From: Lama glama
Lineage: Eukaryota
Assembly: GCA_028534125.1 (NCBI GenBank)
Contig: CM052817.1
Location: forward strand, 56,546,001-56,610,000
Direction of reading: 5' to 3'
Length of the DNA: 64,000 bases
Of the stretch, positions 53,531 to 64,000 are shown piece by piece. The notes under the pieces are model-generated. The model was not told where the DNA came from, made no database searches, and saw only the letters and a list, made by a program, of their open reading frames with translations. The translations under genes were made by a program, and so were the position numbers. The first letter of the stretch is position 1. Each line of letters opens with the position of its first letter.

Positions 53531-56500
53531 TTTTCAAAGTAGACACCAACATAGACATTTGGAAGTAACAAGGTTGAAGGTTCAATCATCTTAGCTGCTC
53601 TTTCAGAACAGTGGGACTAAAAAGTTTCAGACTTTTGGATAATGGCACGCTTTCATGTCTGTTTGTAGTGTAGTAATATACCCTAGGCACTTAATATATC
53701 CTTAAGGTTGAGTATAGTACTTGGTTCTTGAAGAAAATCAATAAAGTGAGAAATTTTCTTAGCCTCACTCAGCCTCAATTATCTAATAGGTAAAATGAAA
53801 TGAAGGAGGGAGGATAGTAATACTGACCTCACAGCACACACACATAGGAGCACTGCACATAAAACATCTGCTCCAGTGCATGGCATCTCACACAGAGAAG
53901 ATAAGTAGTGTTGTTTAATAGTAACATGTTAGTATTAGTATTATTAATGAATGATTAAATTAAAATTGAGTAACAATTTCTCAGTAAGTGGTGATAATTT
54001 CTTAAAATGCTTAAATTTCTTAAATGATTAAACTGAAAGTCACACGATAAAGTCATCTAAGAACTTCCAAGAAATGCTGATGGGCTGAAAAAGAAGCTTT
54101 AAAGGTGGAAAGATGTGAGATTGAAATTTAGAATATTCAATATTTGTTATTGATGGCACCCACATATGAGAACTTCCAATACAATATTTTTGAGGAAATA
54201 TGTGTAGATGACATAGTAAAAGAGAGCTCTGGAAAACAAAAGCACTATGGTGTCTTAGAAAAGTAACAACTGTAGTCTTTGATAAAACCCAAGAGATGCA
54301 ATGAGATTGAAATGAGACCTGTTGGTAGGTACCTGACTCTTCCCTAAGACTTCCCAAATCAAGAGCGGTAGGGTAATCGACAGTTATCAAACTAAGTCCA
54401 TGCAGAATTTTAAATTTCATTATAAATGAGTAATCACAAAGAATAAGCTGATTTACCTATTAATCTCAAGTTGAAAAGTGAATGTCAAAATTTCTATAAG
54501 GCAGAGAATTCTACTGTTTCTGGAGTGAGTTTAAAAATATGATAAAATCTATTATTTTGAACAGTCTCTCAAACTAATCAAAAGAGGACCCAGGAGGTAA
54601 TTCTTTCCTCTCTTCCAGTCCCATCCTTCCAGAAAGTTGTTCCGAATCTAGCCCAATATGGGTGTGTGCTCTAAAAATGCTATACAATGAATAAAATATT
54701 CCCTAGTAATATCTTCTAATTCTCCATAACTCATTATTAACATTAATCTGCTGATCAACATAAGAATAAGAGTTTCAGAAATGTAAGGTTTCAGCCAGTG
54801 CAGTTTATCCTATACTTACTGTTTTGTTTTATACTGATAGAGGATTAAGAACATAAAGAGGTTTTTCTGGTTCTATTTCTCAATATGTTTGCTTGTTTCC
54901 CTTCTTTCTCTTAAAGGTGTTTTGCATTATAAGTAAAAATGTTGACTCTGTCTAAAAGTAATTCAAGGTAAAGTTCTAAGAATGTATTTGGCCCCAGAAT
55001 AAAAGAAACTATTGAAAGCCTGCACTAGCAAGTACCATTTTGTGTGCTAGAATGAAAACCCAAAAGCATAAGCCAAGCTCAGAGGGCCTAGGGGCTGGTA
55101 TGAATGATAGATGATAAAATGACAGCAAGCTTATTTAGAAAATGATATCACCAAAACCTGAATGGCTCCCTCTGGTATGAAGCATTAGTTAAAGCCAAGA
55201 AATATACTTGGAACAAAATATTACTCTTACGGCCCTCTGATATTTTTAAACACTACATGGAATATGACAGAAATACACAACTCTCTTCATTGACTCCTCT
55301 CCCCTTTTGCTTTGAAAATGATTTTCCGACGAAGGCATCCCTGACAGTGCAATAGTAGCCTGTTTAACCATGAGCAGAAGACCAAACTATCCATTGTTAG
55401 TTAATTCTTGGTCACCATCTTTTCCTGAAAGAATGGCTCAATCATCAGCTAAGATATAATTCTATTATTCACTAAGACTAATTTTTAATTGCACTCATTA
55501 AAGTGTATCTTACATATACCCATTGCCTAAATTTCTCAACTTAAAAGATGAAACTCTTTTTATTCGCATAAAAATTTTTTGGAAACATCTCCTCTCTTTA
55601 GGTTCAATAAACACTTAATGAGGACCACCTATGTGTCAGAGATGAGAGTGAGCTGGGCAGTTCCACATGCACAACCATCTGCTAGGTTTTAGCTTTTAGC
55701 ATACATACCATGTTCCCTCATGTAGGATTAGGTAATGTAACAAGCAAAATATATCCGTGTAAGTTATATAACCTCATAAACATAATTAAATATAACTTCT
55801 ATAACATCAATATGTGTATATTAAAGTAATTTTTATCCACAAATCATCCGTCAGTTGGTGGATCCTGTACTCTCAAAATATCTCTGATTCAGATTGCTCG
55901 TTATTATTAAATTCAGAAAATAAAAAATACATAATAGTTCAGGAACACAATTCTTAAATTAATAATGTAATAAATATTAGTACTAAAGCACTAATGCAAT
56001 ATAAACAACTTAAAATGAAAAACTACAGTAAATGCACATTTCTGAAGCACGGGTAATTAATTTATTTATGAAGTTATCCAGATCCCATCCCATTTTCTGT
56101 TATCTGGTATGTGTGTTTCTATAGATACATAGTTTTTATTTACTACATTATTTTACTGTATCTATTCATTTTCCTCCTTTATTAAAATAATGTAAAATCT
56201 GTAGTAGATAAAAGAATATTTTTCTTCAATGTGGATGTGTTTTCCTAAATTGTGGCTGAACAAATAAATTATAAAACATTGAAAATATTAAACTTTTAAT
56301 TTTTTATAATTCAGGGAGAAAAACATGTAAATTCAAAATAAGAAAATGTGTGCAAAATTTAACACATACCCCAATATACAATAAAATTCCTATACTGATA
56401 TTTCAAAAAAAAAATGGAGTAGTCCTAAAGGATAAAAGATTGGTTTGAGATCATAAGTCTCAGTCAATTGTATATAATATAACATATTATAAAATTACTC

Positions 56501-58749
56501 ATTAATCAGATTTAAAAATAAATTTTAACATTTTATTATGATAATTTCATCTCAGGAAAGAGTTAAATACTTAAGAATTTATAAATAATGATCACATGCA
56601 TTCCCTCATTAAATTCTCACATCAAGAGTGTGTGTATTACTACCACCTTTATAGCAAAGCAGAACATTCAAGGTGCCACTAGCAGTTGGTAAGGGAGAAG
56701 ACAACTAAGCTAGATCTTCTCACTTCAGGAAATTTCTGTTAACTTATGATACTTCTGGATACAACTGCCATCTAATTCCCTTTTACAAAAGTCCATTTGG
56801 ACACTGCTCCTTGCTCCGCATGAGGACAGAAAACAAGGTGGCTTGAAAAAAAAAAACAACAACCACATTTAAGGTCAGACAAAACAGGTTCAAAGCACAC
56901 TCATGCCACTTATTTCCATACAAATCATCTTTACAACTCTCAGATTTCTTGTCAATAAATAGAGATACAGAGGAACCACCTATGGAGATGCTGACTTCAA
57001 CAGGTAAGAGTCACGAAGCAGCCAGCATATTACAAATTCTCAAAAATTGTGAATTCTACAACATTCCTTTGTGTAAGTTTGTTGTGGTATTGAAATATTT
57101 CTAAATTAAAATTATGATTTTATTCACATATCATATATGGTTTCTTTTTTTTTCAATTTCATATTTCTTATGTTTTCAAGTAAAACAAGTAACAACCGAG
57201 GTGGGGGAAAAAAAAACTTCAAGAATAAAATATAGAATTGTGTGAACATCAGGGGGAGAAATTTTTTTTAATTGTAGCTAAGCAACAGATAAAAAATAAA
57301 AATTCCGAGTTAAGGAATATGTTTTATTTGTCCACTGAGTATGCAGATTTGACCGATTCTTCCATTTAATCATGAAAATCTCTTAACAGATTTCATCAAA
57401 GACTCCTAGTTTATATAATTAAGATTGACTTATTAAAAAAGCAGGGGGGATCACTGTGCTCCAGAAAAATCTTGAACTGTTTTTTGACACAAAGCTAATA
57501 ATTTCATCAGTGTCACCTCACATACAGAAGTTGTCCTTTGTAACAGTTCAGGGCAAGAACTACAGAACAGCCAGATGACTGGAACTAACATACTAGGGAA
57601 GACCAAGTAAGGGAACACAGGACAGTGAGCCAAGAAAAAACGAGAGCAAGGATTGTAAGCAGCATCTGTGTGGGATGCTGACTTGGTATGAAGCTAAAGA
57701 GGGAGATCACAGGACACATGCTAAGGAAATGTTAACACATGATTGCGGCAAAGTGAAACATTTGGATTTTCACTAAAAGACAGTGTTTCCTCATCATACC
57801 TTCCACCTTCGGTTTAGCTGGAAGCCTCTGTGATGGCTTAGAATGTTTGTTTAGATGAGTCAAGCAACAGTCTTTAGTAAGAATTAGAGAATGTCTATCA
57901 AAGCAGAGGAAGTAAAAATATCAACTAAGCATCAGATCCTCACTTAAGAACTTAAATATATCAAACAAAAAACTTCTTTGATCACTCTGTTCATAAAATT
58001 CAATATACTATATCTAATGTCACTTTGCTTTCTCCCCTTCTGTATGAAGTTAGTCTCTAAGTTCTCTGCTGCTTTTTTTTTCCCAAAAATTATGTCTTGT
58101 GTCCTTTCCTGTCCCTGCAAACTCACGATAGTCACTCCTACCCAGCCCATCACGATTTCAGACCTGAAGACCTACCCATCTTCTCTGGTTATTGTAGCCA
58201 CTCTTCCTTAATCCCCAAACCCAGTGCTACCAGTTTCTAAGTGTTTGGAGAATAATTTGTGGAAAGCCCTTTATTTTCTAGTTCTTCCCACTTATTCAGA
58301 AACTGCCTCAGGGCACTCAGTTACCACTCATTCAGCTACTTAGCAGCTTCCAAAAATAGACTGCTGTTGTCTTACTTCCTTCTCTTCCCTTTTAATCACT
58401 CATCCACCAGATACTTATTTTGTACCTGTTATTTTCAAAACACTTCACATATAGCTCTTGGTGTTAAAGTGTTAATGCATGTAAAGAAGCTAAAGCAGCC
58501 TTATAAATCACCTTGGTACAAATTTTAGAAGTAATATAAACCATACACTGTTTACAAAAAAAAAAGGCACTAAATGATTTTACAGCAGGGGAGATGACTT
58601 CTGGTGGAGGGCATCAGGGAAAATTTTGCAGAAAATGTGGCATTTAATTGGACCGTATAAAATAGACAGGATTTATATATAAGGATTCCTGCTCTGGTCT
58701 ATCTCCCTCCATGTAATCTGCATATGGCATCTGATATCCTTTGGTATAG

Positions 58750-58990
58750 CATAACAGATGTGAACACATTTTTCCCTTTTAGACCAAACCCACATACTTC
58801 AAAATTCTACCTCTGCTACTAGATCATAACCATATTGCCTAATCTTACAGTGCCTGAGTTTCTTTTCCTGTAAACTGAAGATAGAAATACTGACCTGACA
58901 GTGTTGCTCTATATACTGCAGTTGTTAATACACACAAAAGTACTTAGAATAGGGCCCCATGTATAGTTAGCTCTCATTACACAGTAGATG
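58750..58990 (+). mobile_element. MIR SINE
   Basis: 'ttcaaaattctacctctgctactag...ctgagtttcttttcctgtaaactgaagatag...aaagtacttagaatagggcc'. Confidence 0.7.
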
Positions 58991-59265
58991 GCATTTGGAC
59001 TAGAAATTCTATCACCCTATTGCATTTCCTTCTCAGTTCATTTCTAAAGCTTCCATCTCTAAGTCAACATTCTCCCTTTGTTCTGGCATAATCTGGCCAT
59101 GTCTCCCTTGTAGCCACATCCCACCCTGCTCCCCCCACAATTTTAGGATCTAGAAATACTTGCAGCAACAAGCACTATTCTATGTTGTTCATTGCTTTGG
59201 GGGTCCTGCTGCTCCCTAGAATGACTATCTTTGCCCTTTCCTGGGCAATGAATTTGACCTCCAAA

Positions 59266-59874
59266 TGTTAGAGCAGGAAGATAACTAGATACGAGCAGAG
59301 AGACAGGGACACAGACCAAATGACAGGAATTGGGCAGAAAGGAGGGGCACAGGCCAAATGCAGGAAAACATACATCATGTAAGCAGCAGGGGCCCCTGGG
59401 CAGAGAAGGAAAAGCAGGAATCTTTAGGCTAATAAGGGGCCACACCTTTTGGCCTGGAGACCAACAAAGAAAGGTCAGAAAAGGCAGGAATTTCCAGTGC
59501 CCGAATGTAACCTTTTGCTCATTATGCCCTCATTTCAATAAAATTGGCCTTGCAGGTCAGAAGTACCCATCATGCACAAAAATCCCTCCTCCCTTTGGGA
59601 AGGTGGAGTTGGGATGATAATCAGGAAATATGACCCCAAGCCCTTGCCTCCTCAATGAATATTCTGCCGATTCATTTTTACATGCTAGGTAACTAACTTG
59701 CCAAGGAAACTCAGGGCAGCTGCTCACCTGAGCCTGCCCGCTCTCCCCTTGAGAGTGTACTGTCCATTCTTTCATAAATCCTCACTTTACTTTTCTTAAC
59801 CCCTAAGTCTTGTCTCTGAATTCTTTCTGGGACAGGACAAGAACCTGGAACACTCGTTGGATTCACTGGCAACA
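59266..59874 (+). mobile_element. ERV1-class solo LTR, 609 bp
   Basis: TG...CA termini (tgttagagc...ggcaaca), 4-bp TSD caaa/cgaa, internal aataaa, and a typical end 'gtctctgaattctttctgggacaggacaagaacc'. Confidence 0.85.
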
Positions 59875-60407
59875 CGAACACCACTGTAGACATTATCTAA
59901 TCTGTTGTCTTCACTTTTCCCTCTTGTACCCAGATTTGATTCCTCCCTTTTCTATGTTTCCTCTATATTCCTTTATATTTCCATTACTTCACCTAATCAC
60001 TTTTCAACACGCATATTCCACAGGAAGTACTCAATGAATATTTGTTAAATAGGAGATACTCAATATATTACTTTTATTAATTGATTTGCAGTGAAATGAA
60101 CAAAAGGGGCTTAAAAATTTAAGACAGAAAAAAATAGAGTAACTGAATTTCTGAGATGCAAAGAACATGAGAGAATTTTGTCTAACCAGATCACAACTAA
60201 TAATGCTGTGTAATCTGCTCAGGAAAGAAGAATGGTAATAACAGGTAAGATGTACTGAGTATTATGCTCCAGGTACTTGGCTAAGCATTTTAAGTGCTTA
60301 ACTTATTTTTCTTAACAATTCTCTGAAGTAGATATTGTTATCACACCCATTTTACAGTTCTCAAGCCTTCCCAAGCCCCACCCATTCCAGGAGGAAACTG
60401 AAATATA

Positions 60408-61173
60408 GTGTGTTAGTTTGCTACGGCTACCTTAAACTGACTGGTTTAAACAACAGAAATGTGTTGTCTGACACTTCTGGAGGCCAGAAGTTTGAGATCA
60501 ATACATCAGCAAGGTTGGTTCCTTCTGAGGGCTGTGAAGGAGAATCCTCAAGGGAGACAGTGCCCTCCACCTCCCAGTGTCTGTGGGAAGGCAGGGCCTA
60601 ACTTTGCTGGGACGTGATTCCAAGTTGCAAAACTATCCCGTCATGAAGATACAAGAAGTGTGTTTCCTTCTGGATAAAGCCAATTAGCCAACACAGAAGG
60701 TTACTCTAATTATCAGGTGAACTGCATGTGACAGAAGGGGCTGTCAAGTTCTTTTACTTGACTAGTCATTGTTTATCTTGAAAACGCATGCCATGGGTTG
60801 TATCTGCTTGGTTACATAAAAGAGTGAGGATTCCTTTCTGTCTTTACAACCGCTTAGCGATTGTCTGGGATACGCATCACATTCTGGTTTAACTCTGGTT
60901 CAATAATAAAACTATTTCCTTTTTCTCCTACCTTTATGGAGAGGTCTTCTGGATTAGAGGAAGACTTTGTTTTACTTAATTTCCCTAACAGTACCTCTAT
61001 GCCCAAATTTCCCCTTTTTATAAGGGCATGTTGGATTAAGGGCCACTCTAATCACCTCATCTTAATTTACATCTTCAATAACCCTATTTCCAAGTAAGGT
61101 CACGTTGTGAGGTATTAAGTGTAGAACTTTAACATATGACATGGTAAGGGAGGATCCAGTTCAATCCTTAACA
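60408..61173 (-). mobile_element. MaLR MLT1A/B LTR inserted into a MIR (60230-61270) and itself interrupted by an ERV1 LTR
   Basis: 'tgtgttagtttgct...tttaaacaacagaaatg...ttctggaggccagaagtttgagatcaa' and 'cccaaatttccccttttataaggg...accctatttccaagtaaggtcac...ttcaatccttaaca'. Confidence 0.85.
60582..60990 (+). mobile_element. ERV1 (MER34-like) solo LTR nested in MLT1
   Basis: TG...CA termini, cataaaa TATA-like element, aataataaaac, end 'ttttacttaatttccctaaca'. Shares gccaattagccaacacaga with the LTR at 3219. Confidence 0.8.
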
Positions 61174-62595
61174 AAGAGAATAACTTATCTGTCCCAAGCT
61201 CAATTAGTAAGTGAAAGAACTACAGTATCTGACCATGTGTATCTCATACACATGCTTTTTAAGTGCTATCCATACTTATTTCAAGTGTTTTTCCATTCTG
61301 TAGAAATCTAAAGGCAAAATGACCAAATTTCACATAATGGCAGACTCACTCAAAATAAACTGCAATTTCAGGCTAAAGCATTTCTAATGGGTATTTTGCT
61401 TAAGAAGAAATGTTATTCATTTCTCATTTTTTTTACTCTCAGACCTAGAAAGAGCTGTATCATCAGTACAATCAGCTTCAAACATGAAAATATTTTTAGA
61501 TCTTTAACATGAATTTAAAATGGTATTACATAAAAGTGCTTAAAAAAAAAAAAAGCAAGTGAGTTTTTTTTCCATAAAAATAACCACCTGATAAATTATA
61601 TATGGGCCCATAATCTGATTATAAATGTAACTTTTACCAGCCAGAGACTTTAACAGGAAGAAGGAAACAAAGGAAATGAGCTCCCTGCTTCCCAGTCACA
61701 GCCTCTGTTTCAAGTGCAATGATCTTCTCCTTTCTTCTTCAATTTTTTAAAAGTCCCGCAAAGTCTTTCAATACAGCATCTCTGCCATACAAAACCATCT
61801 GAACATGAATTATTTCTAATTCTTAATAGGACTTTCAAATGAAAAAATGTGTTTATGGCTTTTATTGTTGCATTTCATCTATTCTTAGGCTAGACTTCAC
61901 TGCTGGCTTCTTCTTTATTGGTGCAGGAGAAGTTTATTGCATAATTCATAGCCCATTAATGATCTGGCAACCAACAAAACTCTTAAGGCACTGCAAAAAT
62001 AGCCATGTCCACTACACAGAGAGATTAACTGCACTTGGATGATATGAACAACTGTGCAGAGAAAACAGGTAGCTCTAGGAGGGACATGTTTAAGCCAAGA
62101 AACTAAATTCACATTCTGATTTTCATTCAAAGGGAATTTTTCCCTTACTTAGGGCAATCTAAGAAACACTAATATTATCTATGCATTACAGAAGCATAGA
62201 AATATTTACTTGATTATTAACAAATAGAACTTTACGTGAAAATATAAATCTTCTATTTCTGTCTTCGGAAATAAAGTGGTAAGTATGCTCTAATTAATTC
62301 TGTGGATTGGATAGAGTACTTTTTGTGACATGGCATCAATAAAGCCCATCACCTGTTCCATATATTTTTTTCCTACCCAGTCAGTAAAGAATTCATGAGG
62401 CAAACTTCAGTTTTTAGTCATTTCTTCTGGGCCCTCCTAAGTATTTCATTTTTCATAGAAATGGATATAATGATTCTGCTGCCTTTCAATAATATTCTTC
62501 CTGCCAGTACAAGTTCATCCTGGCACAGGAGATTCAGCTTACATGAGCTATTGGACAGTCAGTCTCAGATCACACTCTGTACCACCAGGTCTTAC

Positions 62596-62629
62596 CCGGT
62601 TTCTGCAGTGATTTTCTCCAGCTGTGTTG
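62596..62629 (-). CDS. Candidate 34-nt internal exon (TQLEKITAET-G) of the unidentified minus-strand gene
   Basis: Acceptor 'tactatattacctcag|C' and strong donor 'CGG|gtaaga'. A phase-2 end would match both downstream exons. All three frames are open, so the frame is inferred. Confidence 0.35.
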
Positions 62630-63479
62630 CTGAGGTAATATAGTAAGCATTGATAAAATATTTGAAATCCTTCTTTTTTATTTGAAGACATGTTCAGAGT
62701 TTTCTCCAAGTCAACTCTGGGAACCTTTGACACATTGTGTACTTTCTAAAATAACTTATAAATTTGGAGATTTTTTTTTTTAAGTTGGAGAACTTCAAAA
62801 GAGAAAAAGAAAAGAAAGCTGATAGTTTCAAATACATTCAGATGCTTATATAAGCCATACATACTAGGCTTGCAAAGCAAAAAGCCATGAAGTAATGTCT
62901 GAAACATTGTTTTTCTAAGTGGGCACAGCACTGTGACCTGTAAGTAGCCTCTCTCTTTCATATCTTAAGTTTTACCTCTTAAGTAGCTTCCCTTTGCATG
63001 TTTTTGATGAAAGCATTATATGGATCTGTCTCAGTATTTCTTCTCCAGGGTTATGTCACACATGCCAATTCAAGAAGCCTGCATCCACGCCAGGCTAATT
63101 TCCTTGTAACACCTAAATGTAGACTACTTGCTGTCTTCTTTCAGCTATTTATTGTGAGAATCTCACCACCTACCACCTAGAATCTCTTCCTTTTGCTTGA
63201 TGACCTTTTAAATTCCTCAAAACTTAAAAAAGTTCCATCTTTTCTACGTTAATATATTCCTTCTCTGCATTCCTACAGAATAGAGTAGGAGGAACTCCAG
63301 TGGACATTGTAGAACAACAGCCCTCATTTTATAGGGGAAAGATTCTGAGCTGTATCCTTGATTTCTTCTTATGAGTCATAATTTAAGAATACTTTCAAAT
63401 CACTTGAGACTCCTCCAGCCAAAAATAATGCAATACTATAATTATATTGTAAACTCTCAAAGGTCAACAATAGTACTTA

Positions 63480-63775
63480 TGTTGCTTTTGTGCAATCAAC
63501 CAATCATCCAATAAATATAAAATGGAAATCTACTATACACAAGTACTATATTAAGCGCTGTAGGAAACCCAGAGAAGTATACATAAGACGTTTCTCCTCT
63601 AGGCCCATGCAGGGTCCTTGAGGAATAAGAGAAAAACTATTGTGAGATGTGAAAACAATTATAAGAGTGAAAGAGGAAGGCCACTCTGGCCTAGAAAAAG
63701 CCTTTCTAGAGGAGATGAGGCCTGGACTAAATCCTGAATTATGGGTTAAAGATGGTTAGATAATGAGAAAATAGT
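63480..63775 (-). mobile_element. L2 3' fragment
   Basis: 'caatcaaccaatc...ctactatacacaagtactatattaagcgctgtagg...aaagcctttctagaggagatgagg'. Confidence 0.6.
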
Positions 63776-63886
63776 AATATCAGAGACATGAAGATGGCAA
63801 ATTTACAAGCTCTGCTCCAAGAACACATTTGCTTGAAAGTTAATAAAAACAAGCAGAAAAGAATAGGTTTTAAAAGTTAGCCATCT

Positions 63887-64000
63887 TATTGGCACAAAAA
63901 CAGACATATGAATCAATGGAACAGAATAGAGAGCCCAGAAATAACCTCACACACCTACAGGCAATTAATCTTTCACAAAGGAGGCAAGAATATACAATGG
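63887..64000 (+). mobile_element. 5' junction of a young, 5'-truncated L1 (ORF2), continuing beyond the window
   Basis: Open frame [38 protein letters not shown], preceded by an L1 endonuclease-type site tttt/aaaa at ~63868-63875. Confidence 0.92.

Noticed and set aside
55231..55424. Possible minus-strand exon between ttcag and gtaaga
   Set aside because: Stops in all frames and a weak donor context; no further support.
58981..58993. CTCF-like acagtagatggca
   Set aside because: It mismatches the core CC, lies at a MIR end, and cannot be supported without a PWM scan or ChIP data.

Overview
AT-rich, repeat-dense mammalian genomic DNA with a 500-N scaffold gap at 9327-9826. It is most likely camelid, inferred from a short L1 3'-end insertion at ~8.2 kb that matches my recollection of alpaca/camel L1 tails. 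Much of the window is recognisable transposon debris: old and younger L1 fragments, L2, MIR, MER20/MER58 DNA transposons, many solo LTRs (MaLR MLT1, MLT2, MER21-, MER34-, MER77- and LTR16-like) and one decayed ERVL provirus (LTR-pro-RT-RNaseH). No intact long ORF exists; the ORF track is essentially repeat-derived or spurious. The only candidate host-gene signal is the 3' end of an unidentified minus-strand spliced transcript: exons 62629-62596 and 38674-38601, then a terminal exon from 27284 to a polyA signal at 26998-27003. That terminal exon is open in two frames, and the 74-nt middle exon has a stem-loop over its 5' splice site, suggesting a possible splice-controlled C-terminal switch. 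This is inference only. Repeat family names are assigned by eye from remembered consensus features and need RepeatMasker/Dfam confirmation; boundaries of old repeats are approximate. I found no evidence of a prokaryote-type or otherwise exotic system.
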